DNA of 10,495 nucleotides from Candidatus Wolfebacteria bacterium RIFCSPLOWO2_01_FULL_38_11 (GCA_001793825.1 MGIQ01000004.1:1-10495); one strand, 5' to 3'. Shown: positions 1-7,095, numbered from the stretch's first letter. Notes: a model not told the origin generated them from the letters alone. Made by a program: numbers and translations.

Positions 1-8
1 GAAATTGG

Positions 9-33
9 CCGCGCGGAGCGCGGAAAGGTTTTT
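9..33 (+). terminator. GC hairpin (CCGCGC-GGA-GCGCGG) followed by T-tract; possible terminator of an upstream out-of-window gene
   Basis: The stem is 6 bp, all G/C (9-14 pairs with 18-23), followed by aaagg and TTTTT at 29-33. The 3-nt loop is tight, so this is a weak call. Confidence 0.3.
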
Positions 34-34
34 A

Positions 35-52
35 AATTAATATAATTGAAAT
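35..52 (+). promoter_or_regulatory. candidate -10 (TATAAT at 41-46) in AT-rich tract upstream of cupin gene
   Basis: A perfect TATAAT hexamer lies 29-34 nt upstream of the first ATG (75). No convincing -35 is present; the -35 position is GCGCGG. Confidence 0.3.
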
Positions 53-74
53 TATCGCCACAATTTATTATTCT

Positions 75-416
75 TTGGGTATGGATATTAAGGAGTATAA
101 ACAATCAGCCAAGCTTATAAGGGACAATGAGATTTATAAAGTTTACGACTTGTCCGACCTGAATCATTTAACGGTTTCTTTGACCGAGCTGTATCCGCAA
201 AAATCCACAACTGGCCATTCTCACAACAATGCCGATGAGGTTTACGTTTTTATTGACGGCGAAGGTTTAATAGAGGTGGCTGATCGAAAAATTCAAGTTA
301 AGGCCGGGGATATAATGCTTGTGCCTGCCGGCGATTTTCACAGGGTTTATAATCAGGGAGGAAAAACTCTTAGTTTTTGGACAATTTTTGAAAAATACGA
401 GGGCAGAGGCAAATAA
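75..416 (+). CDS. cupin-domain protein (cupin_2, metal-binding)
   Basis: The 113-aa ORF carries both canonical cupin motifs. Motif 1 is HxH-x4-E-x6-G (HSHNNADEVYVFIDG). Motif 2 is G-x5-PxG-x2-H-x3-N (GDIMLVPAGDFHRVYN). The start could be ATG 75 or ATG 81; there is no clear SD. Confidence 0.85.
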   Translation: MGMDIKEYKQSAKLIRDNEIYKVYDLSDLNHLTVSLTELYPQKSTTGHSHNNADEVYVFIDGEGLIEVADRKIQVKAGDIMLVPAGDFHRVYNQGGKTLSFWTIFEKYEGRGK

Positions 417-440
417 ACTCTTGCTTTATCAGTTAGAAAA

Positions 441-473
441 CAAAAAGCCCCAATATTGGGGCTTTTTGTTTTA
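441..473. terminator. bidirectional rho-independent terminator between convergent genes
   Basis: AAAAA-AGCCCCAAtaTTGGGGCT-TTTTTGTTTT. The stem is a perfect 7-8 bp palindrome with an A-tract on the 5' side and a T-tract on the 3' side. It serves the + gene ending at 416 and the - gene ending at 488. Confidence 0.8.
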
Positions 474-487
474 ATTTGCTTTATAAA

Positions 488-1165
488 TTATTCTAATTTC
501 TCCTTAAAACGGTTGATAAGGGAAGAAGCATAATCTTTGCCTCCCAAACCAAAGGCGATTCCGCCTGCCAGTGCAAGCATAGCAACCAAGCCGGTGATTA
601 AGGTATTAAGAAGCATTGGAGCAATGCCTAATTGGATTAAGGCAGCTACAAAGCCGAAAATTACCGTGGCATACCAAGCCAAAGCGGCCAAAAAACCAGA
701 AGCATGAAGCTTAGCTCCCATAACAGAAGCTTTTACTACTGACTTCAGGGCATTGGCGACGATAACGGTTGCGAGCATTATCAAAGCCGCAACAATTATT
801 TGCGGAATATAGCTGACAACCTGCCTTAGGAACTGGGACAATCCTTCAAGCTTGAGAATATCGGCTGCGGCCAAAATAAAAACAATGACTAAAAACCAAT
901 AAACCAAAGCGCCGAAGAATTTTCCGGCATTAACTCTTATGCCGGCGCGTTCAAAGTAGGTTTCCAAACCGAGGCGGCGCAATAAATTGTCGACTTTCGC
1001 AATATTAATAACTCTTTCAACCAATGAACCCAAGCCGGCGGCTACGATTAAGCCGACTATTAAAACTATTAAAGCGCCTATTAAAAACGGCAAGAAACCA
1101 ATAACGCCTCCCCAAACATTAAGGAGAGAATTGACTGTGGCATCTGCCAAATTTTGAACTACCAT
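488..1165 (-). CDS. polytopic membrane protein with two conserved-TM-helix repeats (PF05552 / MscS-N-terminal-like module)
   Basis: The 225-aa protein is highly hydrophobic. There is an internal repeat: residues ~10-60 (LLNVWGGVIGFLPFLIGALIVLIVGLIVAAGLGSLVERVINIAKVD) resemble residues ~110-160 (FLRQVVSYIPQIIVAALIMLATVIVANALKSVVKASV). This pattern matches the 'conserved TM helix' family recalled from memory; no search was run. Confidence 0.55.
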   Translation of the reverse strand: MVVQNLADATVNSLLNVWGGVIGFLPFLIGALIVLIVGLIVAAGLGSLVERVINIAKVDNLLRRLGLETYFERAGIRVNAGKFFGALVYWFLVIVFILAAADILKLEGLSQFLRQVVSYIPQIIVAALIMLATVIVANALKSVVKASVMGAKLHASGFLAALAWYATVIFGFVAALIQLGIAPMLLNTLITGLVAMLALAGGIAFGLGGKDYASSLINRFKEKLE

Positions 1166-1326
1166 TTTTTCTTATCTTATTTATAATAATTAAATCGACC
1201 TTTGGATTTTTCTTTAATTAATTATAGCAAATTAAGGCAATAAGCCAAGATTTAAGTGTGGATAAGTTGTGTTATTGGCAAAAAGGAGCGTTTTTGCATT
1301 ATTTAAAAGAAAAACATTGGATTTTT

Positions 1327-1335
1327 TGCTATAAT
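1327..1335 (+). promoter_or_regulatory. extended -10 promoter element TGcTATAAT for the DUF360-secG-SBP operon
   Basis: TGCTATAAT at 1327-1335 matches TGnTATAAT. TTGCAT at 1294-1299 is 30 bp upstream, too far for a -35. The ATG at 1352 is only ~10 nt from the predicted transcription start site (TSS), giving a near-leaderless mRNA with no SD. Confidence 0.4.
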
Positions 1336-1351
1336 AGATAAAAGCAAACTT

Positions 1352-1720
1352 ATGGTGAATTTAATTGGAAGATTAATTTTTCTTTTTATTTCCAATGTTT
1401 TGGCGCTTTGGCTGGTAAATCATTTTGTAGCGGGGTTTGAAATTTCTTCAAATTACATCAAATTCGCCACAGTGGCGGGGATTTTTACGGCAATTAACAT
1501 ATTTATCAAACCGGTTTTGAAGCTGATTTTAAGCCCTTTTATTATTATAACTTTGGGATTGGGAATAATCTTGATTAACGCGGCAATTCTTTATTTTTTA
1601 GACAGCTACTCGGCGGATATTTCCATTACTGGACTAAATTCCCTATTCTATGCTACTATCATTATCGGAGCGGTTAATTTTGTAACCAGCTTTATTTTTA
1701 AAAGATTACACAAAGATTAA
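1352..1720 (+). CDS. DUF360 / phage holin family 4-like (Phage_holin_4_2, YvlD-like) small membrane protein
   Basis: The 122-aa protein has 4 predicted TM segments. The pattern GF-x-I...AINIFIKPVLKLILSPFIIITLGLGIILINAAILYFL matches the conserved PxL...P..I.TLGLf.LviNa core of the PF04020 family, recalled from memory. Confidence 0.6.
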   Translation: MVNLIGRLIFLFISNVLALWLVNHFVAGFEISSNYIKFATVAGIFTAINIFIKPVLKLILSPFIIITLGLGIILINAAILYFLDSYSADISITGLNSLFYATIIIGAVNFVTSFIFKRLHKD

Positions 1721-1745
1721 TTTGGATTAATTTGGGATTAATTTC
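1704..1745 (+). repeat. four GATTA cores at 10-11 bp phasing, last three as full GATTAATTTG(G) tandem direct repeats
   Basis: GATTA starts at 1704, 1715, 1725 and 1736. Full units: GATTAATTTG (1715-1724), GATTAATTTGG (1725-1735), GATTAATTTC (1736-1745). The array spans the stop codon of the upstream gene and ends 2 nt before the secG ATG. Confidence 0.7.
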
Positions 1746-1747
1746 AT

Positions 1748-1963
1748 ATGTATATTTCAATCGCGCAAGTTGTTGTTTCCGTCATTTTAATAGCTTTGAT
1801 TTTGCTTCAAGAAAGGTCTTCTGGGCTTTCCGGTGTTTTTGGCGGTTCAGAGAGCGGCTTTTATCAGACCAGAAGAGGCTTGGAAAAGGTGATTTTTGGA
1901 GCAACTATTGTTTTAATTATAGTCCTTGTCGGGCTTTCTTTAGTAAATCTTCTCTGGAAATAG
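1748..1963 (+). CDS. secG: preprotein translocase subunit SecG
   Basis: The 71-aa protein has two TM helices flanking the hallmark LLQ-x3-SGLSG-x-FGG-x-E motif (LILLQERSSGLSGVFGGSESGF...RRGLEKV). This is very close to Bacillus SecG (LLQSSKSAGLSG..GGAEQLFG...RGL). The overlapping 87-aa ORF at 1732-1995 in another frame is spurious. Confidence 0.85.
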   Translation: MYISIAQVVVSVILIALILLQERSSGLSGVFGGSESGFYQTRRGLEKVIFGATIVLIIVLVGLSLVNLLWK

Positions 1964-1994
1964 CTTTATTAGCTTTAATCCTGCTTTATTATTG

Positions 1995-3665
1995 ATGATA
2001 TTATTTGGTTTCTTTAGACAATTATTTAAATCTTTTTCTTCTAAGGAGTGGGCGTTCTTAGGAGTTTCTTTGGTTATTTTTTTAACAGCTTTTTCTTTAT
2101 TGGCTGCGAAATTCGTCCGGGAGAATACCCAAATTGTGCCAGTGGCCGGAGGAAATTATATTGAAGGCGTGGTTAGCCAGCCGAGTTTCATCAATCCAAT
2201 ACTGGCGGCTAACGACGCTGACCGGGATTTGACGGAATTAGCTTTTGACGATCTTTCGGAGTTGGCCGAAAGCTATAAAATGGAAGATAACGGGAAAAAG
2301 TGGCGTTATCGCTTAAAAGAGGGAATTTTTTGGCATGACGGCGAGAAAATAACCACTGACGATATAATTTTTACGGTAGAAACAATAAAAAATCCCGATG
2401 TTTACTCCCCTCTTTATTCCAATTGGCAGAGCATTGAAACGTCGAGAGTAAGCGAGCGGGAATTGGAATTTAAGCTGCCGGCGCCTTATGTTTTTTTTGA
2501 GGACACCTTAAAAAATTTAAAGCCGGTTCCAAAGCATATTTTTGGCAATATTCCGGCAACTAACATCAAACTTTCCAATTATAATTTTGAGCCAATCGGC
2601 AGCGGACCTTTTAAATTTAAATCATTTAGCAGGCGAGCGGATGGATATATAAGTTCTTATGTTTTTGAAAAAAATGAAGCATACCAGAAATTTGTTTATT
2701 TGAAGAAAATAAGCTTTAATTTTTATACTAATGAAGTGGAAACAATTAACGCTTTTAATATGGGTGAGGTTGACGGTTTTGGATTAGCAAATCCGGAAAA
2801 TTTGGGGAAAATCGCTTTTTCACACAAGGTATTTCCAATTAGAATGCTGAAGTATTACGCAATTTTCTTAAATCAATTATCACACCCGGCTTTAAAAGAC
2901 AAAAATGTGCGTTTGGCTATGACTATGGCGATTGATAAAATGGAAATTATCGAAAAAGTTTTTAACGGACAGGCAGTTTTGGCCGCGGGTCCCTTGGTAG
3001 AAGGAATGGAAGGATTTGATAAGCAGGTTTATTCAGAAAATGTTTTTTCGGCGGAGAAAGCCAATCAGATACTTGAAAGTATGGGCTGGGAATGGAATAA
3101 TGAGGAAAATGTCAGGGAAGGGCAGATTAATGACGAAATAGTAAAACTGGAATTTAATTTGTCGGTGCCGGAAATTTCATTTTTAATAGAAACCGCGAAT
3201 TTAATTAAAGGACAGCTGGCAAAAATCGGAGTGAAAATTAATTTGTCAATTGCTCCTATTTCGGAAATCAACAATAAGACAATTAAAAATAGGGATTATC
3301 AGATAATTTTGTTTGGAAATATTTTGGGAGACAGCCCTGACTTATTTTCGTTTTGGCATTCTTCGGGAAGTTTCTATCCTGGGCTTAATTTATCGCTTTA
3401 CGGAAGCAAAACAGCAGATAGTTTAATTGAAACAATAAGAAAAGATTTTGACGAACAAAAAAAACAATCAGAACTTTCTTCTTTACAATATTTGATTATC
3501 GGAGATTATCCAGCTATTTTTCTTTATTCGCCTAATTATCTTTATATCGGCAAGAAATCATTTTCCGGGTTTGAAGATTCATTTATTTCTTTTTCGAGCG
3601 AACGGTTGAAAAGTATTGAAAATTGGTATACAAAAACAGCGAGAAGTTTAAAAAATAGAAACTAA
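1995..3665 (+). CDS. ABC transporter substrate-binding protein, family 5 (SBP_bac_5; Opp/Dpp/Nik-like), N-terminally membrane-anchored
   Basis: The protein is 556 aa from ATG 1995; the track starts at TTG 1992. There is an N-terminal TM anchor (FLGVSLVIFLTAFSLLAA). The family-5 signature region is W-x-DG-x-x-T-x-D-x-x-F (IFWHDGEKITTDDIIFTVET). Size and conservation pattern are typical of cluster-C SBPs. No permease or ATPase genes are adjacent. Confidence 0.7.
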   Translation: MILFGFFRQLFKSFSSKEWAFLGVSLVIFLTAFSLLAAKFVRENTQIVPVAGGNYIEGVVSQPSFINPILAANDADRDLTELAFDDLSELAESYKMEDNGKKWRYRLKEGIFWHDGEKITTDDIIFTVETIKNPDVYSPLYSNWQSIETSRVSERELEFKLPAPYVFFEDTLKNLKPVPKHIFGNIPATNIKLSNYNFEPIGSGPFKFKSFSRRADGYISSYVFEKNEAYQKFVYLKKISFNFYTNEVETINAFNMGEVDGFGLANPENLGKIAFSHKVFPIRMLKYYAIFLNQLSHPALKDKNVRLAMTMAIDKMEIIEKVFNGQAVLAAGPLVEGMEGFDKQVYSENVFSAEKANQILESMGWEWNNEENVREGQINDEIVKLEFNLSVPEISFLIETANLIKGQLAKIGVKINLSIAPISEINNKTIKNRDYQIILFGNILGDSPDLFSFWHSSGSFYPGLNLSLYGSKTADSLIETIRKDFDEQKKQSELSSLQYLIIGDYPAIFLYSPNYLYIGKKSFSGFEDSFISFSSERLKSIENWYTKTARSLKNRN

Positions 3666-3727
3666 CGAATAAGGATTAGCGAAGAGCAAATAGTTCTTTC
3701 ACTAAAAAATATGCCCCCGTGGCGGAA

Positions 3728-3757
3728 CCCCGTATAACAGCAAAGCTGTATACGGGG
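3728..3757 (+). promoter_or_regulatory. stable RNA hairpin (13-bp stem, 1-nt bulge, AAA loop) between SBP gene and tRNA-Leu; no T-tract
   Basis: CCCCGTATAaCAGC-AAA-GCTGTATACGGGG. Four G-C pairs close each end. It lies 31 nt upstream of the tRNA 5' end. It is not a canonical intrinsic terminator because CAAGTTGGCAG follows. It may be a 3'-end stabiliser or processing determinant. Confidence 0.5.
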
Positions 3758-3788
3758 CAAGTTGGCAGATTTATCCTGTACAGCTGGT

Positions 3789-3874
3789 GGGCGGGTGGTG
3801 AAATGGCAAACACGTAGGCTTCAGGAGCCTATGGCCGAAAGGCTTTGAGGGTTCAAGTCCCTCCTCGCCCACCA
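3789..3874 (+). tRNA. tRNA-Leu (anticodon CAG), type II with long variable arm, CCA encoded
   Basis: The tRNA is 86 nt. The acceptor stem GGGCGGG pairs with CTCGCCC, including one G-U pair. It has U8, a 3-bp D-stem (GTG/CAC) with a long D-loop typical of bacterial tRNA-Leu, and an anticodon stem TAGGC/GCCTA. The anticodon loop is TTCAGGA, giving anticodon CAG with U33 and G37. The variable arm is 15 nt (TGGCCGAAAGGCTTT). The T-arm is GAGGG-TTCAAGT-CCCTC, the discriminator is A, and the 3' end is CCA. Confidence 0.9.
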
Positions 3875-3877
3875 CTT

Positions 3878-3900
3878 GTACGGGACGCGTACGTTTTCTC
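3878..3900 (+). terminator. weak intrinsic terminator after tRNA-Leu(CAG)
   Basis: A 5-bp stem GTACG/CGTAC with loop GGACG is followed by GTTTTCTC. The stem is short. Confidence 0.35.
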
Positions 3901-4005
3901 GGGAGCACCAAAATTACATTAAATAAAAATAATAAACATTAAAACTCTTTTTTAATTAAATTTTATTAATTTTTAAAGGTTTTTATTTGTTTAATAAATT
4001 AAATT

Positions 4006-5727
4006 ATGTTCAAAACAAGAACAACAAAAATATTAAAAACAAGGAAAGCGGTTTTGGGAGAAAAAGGAGCGGTGCGGTTTGCCGCTTTGGGAGGATTGGG
4101 AGAAATCGGCCGGAACATGATGTTTTTCGAATATGAAGATGAAATCATTATTATTGACGCCGGTTTGCAATTTCCCGAAGAAACAACTCCGGGCATTGAT
4201 TTTATAATCCCGAATGTTTCGTATTTGGGAGGAAAGAAAAAAAACGTTAAAGCATTGGTAATTACTCATGGCCATTATGACCATATCGGCGCTATTCCCT
4301 ATATAATGGAGCAAATCGGCAATCCAACGATTTACGCTACTTCAATCACCAAAGAGATTGTGGCGAGAAGACAAGAAGAATTTCCCAATGCGCCGAAACT
4401 GGATTTTGAAATGATTAAAGCTGGAGAAACCCATCAATTATCAAAAAATTTCAAAGCTCATTTTTTTGGAGTAACTCATAATATCCCCGAAGGCGTGGGG
4501 ATGATGCTGGAGACGCCGGTCGGCAATATTGTCCATCCGGGAGAATTTAAATTTGATTATGATTTAGAAGGAAAGCCGAAGGATTTGGAAGTTTGGGAAA
4601 AATTGGGAGAGCAGAAGATTCATACGCTTTTGCTTGATTCAACCGGAGCAGAAGAGCCGGGATATTCAATTTCAGAAAGAATAGTGGAAGCAGAACTGGA
4701 AAAATTATTTAAGCAAGCGGAGGGACGGATTATTCTCGGCACCTTTGCTTCGCTTTTAGACAGATTGGCGGAAATTATTAAAATAGCTGAACGGCTGGGG
4801 AAAAAAGTGGCAGTAAGCGGTTCGTCAATGAAAACCAATATCCAAATTGCGCGGAATCTGGGTTATATGAAAATAGGAAAAGATGTTTTAATACCATTGG
4901 AAGAGATAGGAAAATATCGAGATGATAAAATTTTAGTACTTTGCACCGGAGCGCAAGGCGAACCGCAGGCGCAACTGATGAGGATTGCGAGCGGAGAACA
5001 TCGCTATATCCAAGTAAAAAAAGGAGATACGGTTATTCTTTCTTCGTCCGTAATTCCGGGTAATGAACGGAGTGTGCAGATTTTGAAAGATGATTTGGCG
5101 CGGCAAGGCGCTTTGGTTTATCACTATAAAATGGTGGATATCCATTCTAGCGGTCATGCGCCACAGGAAGAGCTTAAAAGCGTAATGAAAATGGTAAAGC
5201 CTAAATTTTTTATTCCTATTCACGGATATTATTTTATGCGCTGGAGAAACGCTAAATTGGCGCAGGACGCTATAAAATTAAAACCAGAAGAAACAGTATT
5301 GCTTGATAACGGCCAAGTGGCTTTGATCAAGAAAGATTCGGTTGAGATTTCCGGAGAAACCGTGCCGGCTTATTATGTGATGGTTGACGGATTGGGAGTG
5401 GGAGACGTGGGAGAAGTGGTATTAAGAGACAGAAGAGTATTGGCGCAGGAAGGAATGGTGGTAATTATCTCGACATTAGACAGGCAAACCGGCAGGTTTT
5501 TGAAGAACCCGGATATTATTTCCCGCGGATTTATTTATTTGAAAGAAAACAAAGAATTAGTGGAAGAAGTGAGAAAAAAAATCAGGCATTTAATTTCATC
5601 GGTTCCGCGCCATCAGCAGCCGGATGCTGATTACATCAAGGGGACAATTAGAGATCAAATCGGCCAATATCTTTATAAGAAGACAAAAAGAAGGCCGATG
5701 ATTTTGCCGGTGGTGATTGAAGTATAA
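4006..5727 (+). CDS. rnj: ribonuclease J (metallo-beta-lactamase / beta-CASP RNase)
   Basis: The 573-aa protein has the N-terminal consensus FAALGGLGEIGRNMMFFEYEDEIIIIDAGLQFPEE, typical of RNase J. It carries the MBL motif HGHYDHIG (HxHxDH), the downstream beta-CASP region and a C-terminal domain. The length matches RNase J1/J2 (~555 aa). It is preceded by an ~105-nt AT-rich leader of more than 85% AT. Confidence 0.9.
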   Translation: MFKTRTTKILKTRKAVLGEKGAVRFAALGGLGEIGRNMMFFEYEDEIIIIDAGLQFPEETTPGIDFIIPNVSYLGGKKKNVKALVITHGHYDHIGAIPYIMEQIGNPTIYATSITKEIVARRQEEFPNAPKLDFEMIKAGETHQLSKNFKAHFFGVTHNIPEGVGMMLETPVGNIVHPGEFKFDYDLEGKPKDLEVWEKLGEQKIHTLLLDSTGAEEPGYSISERIVEAELEKLFKQAEGRIILGTFASLLDRLAEIIKIAERLGKKVAVSGSSMKTNIQIARNLGYMKIGKDVLIPLEEIGKYRDDKILVLCTGAQGEPQAQLMRIASGEHRYIQVKKGDTVILSSSVIPGNERSVQILKDDLARQGALVYHYKMVDIHSSGHAPQEELKSVMKMVKPKFFIPIHGYYFMRWRNAKLAQDAIKLKPEETVLLDNGQVALIKKDSVEISGETVPAYYVMVDGLGVGDVGEVVLRDRRVLAQEGMVVIISTLDRQTGRFLKNPDIISRGFIYLKENKELVEEVRKKIRHLISSVPRHQQPDADYIKGTIRDQIGQYLYKKTKRRPMILPVVIEV

Positions 5728-7095
5728 TTAAAAAAGTTTAGCTTGGGTTTCTGGTTCTTTGCCTGATTTTTTAGGCGATTTTTTCTTTATTTCTTTTGTT
5801 TTTCCGAAAATGCTTATTTTTCCGTATTCGCCGTCAAAGCCCGGTTCGATTTTTACTTTTCCTCCTCTTACCAACTTAATGGCTTCGGCAATTTTAGGGT
5901 GAGCGGATTTTTCAAGGTCGCTGATTTCTGTTTCCAAAAGAATTTTTAATTCACTGCCAAAAGTTTTAATGAGATTTTCGTATTCGGCTTTAGCTTTTTT
6001 GGAAATGGCGGAAGTCTCCAAAGCTTCACTAATGATTCCGTCTAAAGTAATAAGATTATAATAAGGAACAAAATTATTGAAAGAGCGATAGTTGCCGTTT
6101 TTTTCGATTTTTATTTGGCGGTCAGCGAGCTGGTCTACGCGATTTACAACGCCGATGGTAAGCGGCCGGCCGCATTTGGGGCAAATATTTTTGTGTTTTT
6201 TAGAATCTTGGGGAGAAAAAACAACACCGCAATTTCTATGGCCGTCAAAATGATATTTGCCTTCTTCGGGGAAAAATTCAATAGTGGCAACAAAGTTAGG
6301 TTCTATGTTTTGGGTTTTATGTTTTAGGTTTTTTCTAAAATTAGGGATACCGCTTTTTATTGCGTCAAATATCCCCTGATAAGACAATTTTGTGTCAAAT
6401 ATATTGGCCTCTCGACCGATTTTTGGCAAAGAATGGGAATCAGAATTGGAAATCAAAGCAAGATTGTCTAATTTTGACAGGCGCCAGTTCATCTCCGGGT
6501 CGCTGGAAAGTCCAGTCTCTATGGCAAAAATATTTTTTGAATATTTGCCAAAACATTCTTCAATAGAATCAAAGCCGGACATTGAGCCGAAAATGGCAAA
6601 CCAAGGAGTCCAGGCATGAGCGGGAATGATAACCGCCTCGGGATTGATGTTAAAGACAATTTCCGCAAGTTTTTCCGCGTCCAAACCTAAAATTGGACGG
6701 CCGTCGGATTTTAAATTTCCAACAAGAGAAAGGTGAGTGTTGATGGCTTCGGCTGTTTTAAAATCCGGCGCGAAAACCAAATTATGAATGCGGCGGACGC
6801 GGCCGGCTTTGGAATAAATACCGGAAATTTCCACGCTTAACAAAAATCTAGTATCAGCAAAAGTTCCTTTAAGGGTTTTTTTCTTAAATTCTTTTTTTAA
6901 TTGGAAAAGGCCGGGTTCGGCCGGCTCTAATTTTTCTTTTATTTCTTGGAAATAAAGAGGGTGGGTGAAATCCCCTGTTCCCATAACTTGAATACCTTTA
7001 TCGTCAGCCCAGTGGTCTAAGTCAGCAATGTTCATATCAGGGCTGGTGGCGCGGGAATAATGGGAATGAATATGGAGGTCGGAGATGAATCTCAT
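5728..7095 (-). CDS. PHP-domain nuclease, endonuclease Q-like (TIGR00375-type family) with CxxC zinc knuckle
   Basis: The protein is 455 aa from ATG at 7095 (CAT at 7093-7095 on + strand). It begins MRFISDLHIHSHYSRA, the PHP motif I (HxH). Later PHP His/Asp motifs are present: IIPAHAWTPWF and SNSDSHS. It has a zinc knuckle, H-x2-NC...CPKCG, and a Lys-rich low-complexity C-terminal tail. The track ORF started at 7188, but codons 1-31 of that are antisense of tRNA-Leu, so the start was trimmed. The endonuclease Q family assignment is from memory of its N-terminal DLHIHS..YSRA motif plus Zn finger. Confidence 0.6.
   Translation of the reverse strand: MRFISDLHIHSHYSRATSPDMNIADLDHWADDKGIQVMGTGDFTHPLYFQEIKEKLEPAEPGLFQLKKEFKKKTLKGTFADTRFLLSVEISGIYSKAGRVRRIHNLVFAPDFKTAEAINTHLSLVGNLKSDGRPILGLDAEKLAEIVFNINPEAVIIPAHAWTPWFAIFGSMSGFDSIEECFGKYSKNIFAIETGLSSDPEMNWRLSKLDNLALISNSDSHSLPKIGREANIFDTKLSYQGIFDAIKSGIPNFRKNLKHKTQNIEPNFVATIEFFPEEGKYHFDGHRNCGVVFSPQDSKKHKNICPKCGRPLTIGVVNRVDQLADRQIKIEKNGNYRSFNNFVPYYNLITLDGIISEALETSAISKKAKAEYENLIKTFGSELKILLETEISDLEKSAHPKIAEAIKLVRGGKVKIEPGFDGEYGKISIFGKTKEIKKKSPKKSGKEPETQAKLF

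Noticed and set aside
1281-1340. AAAGGAG followed by TTG and a 15-codon ORF in the divergent intergenic region
   Set aside because: The ORF is too short and featureless. It overlaps the predicted extended -10 for the downstream operon, so it is likely fortuitous.
1732-1995. 87-aa ORF in an alternative frame overlapping secG
   Set aside because: It has Cys/Phe/Arg-rich low-complexity composition and no motif. secG in the other frame (1748-1963) has the diagnostic LLQ…SGLSG…FGG motif.
3762-3784. Possible dedicated promoter for tRNA-Leu(CAG) (TTGGCA at 3762-3767)
   Set aside because: No acceptable -10 lies at 16-18 bp spacing; only TACAGC is available. The tRNA is more likely co-transcribed with the upstream operon and released by processing.
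3065-5223. Several 65-96-aa minus-strand ORFs inside the SBP and RNase J genes (3065-3274, 3999-4196, 4033-4314, 4620-4838, 4933-5223)
   Set aside because: They are antisense to long, motif-rich CDSs and are typical random ORFs.
6115-6619. Three small + strand ORFs (70, 68 and 75 aa) inside the PHP-nuclease gene
   Set aside because: They are embedded antisense to a well-supported 455-aa CDS and have no start-site signals or recognisable domains.
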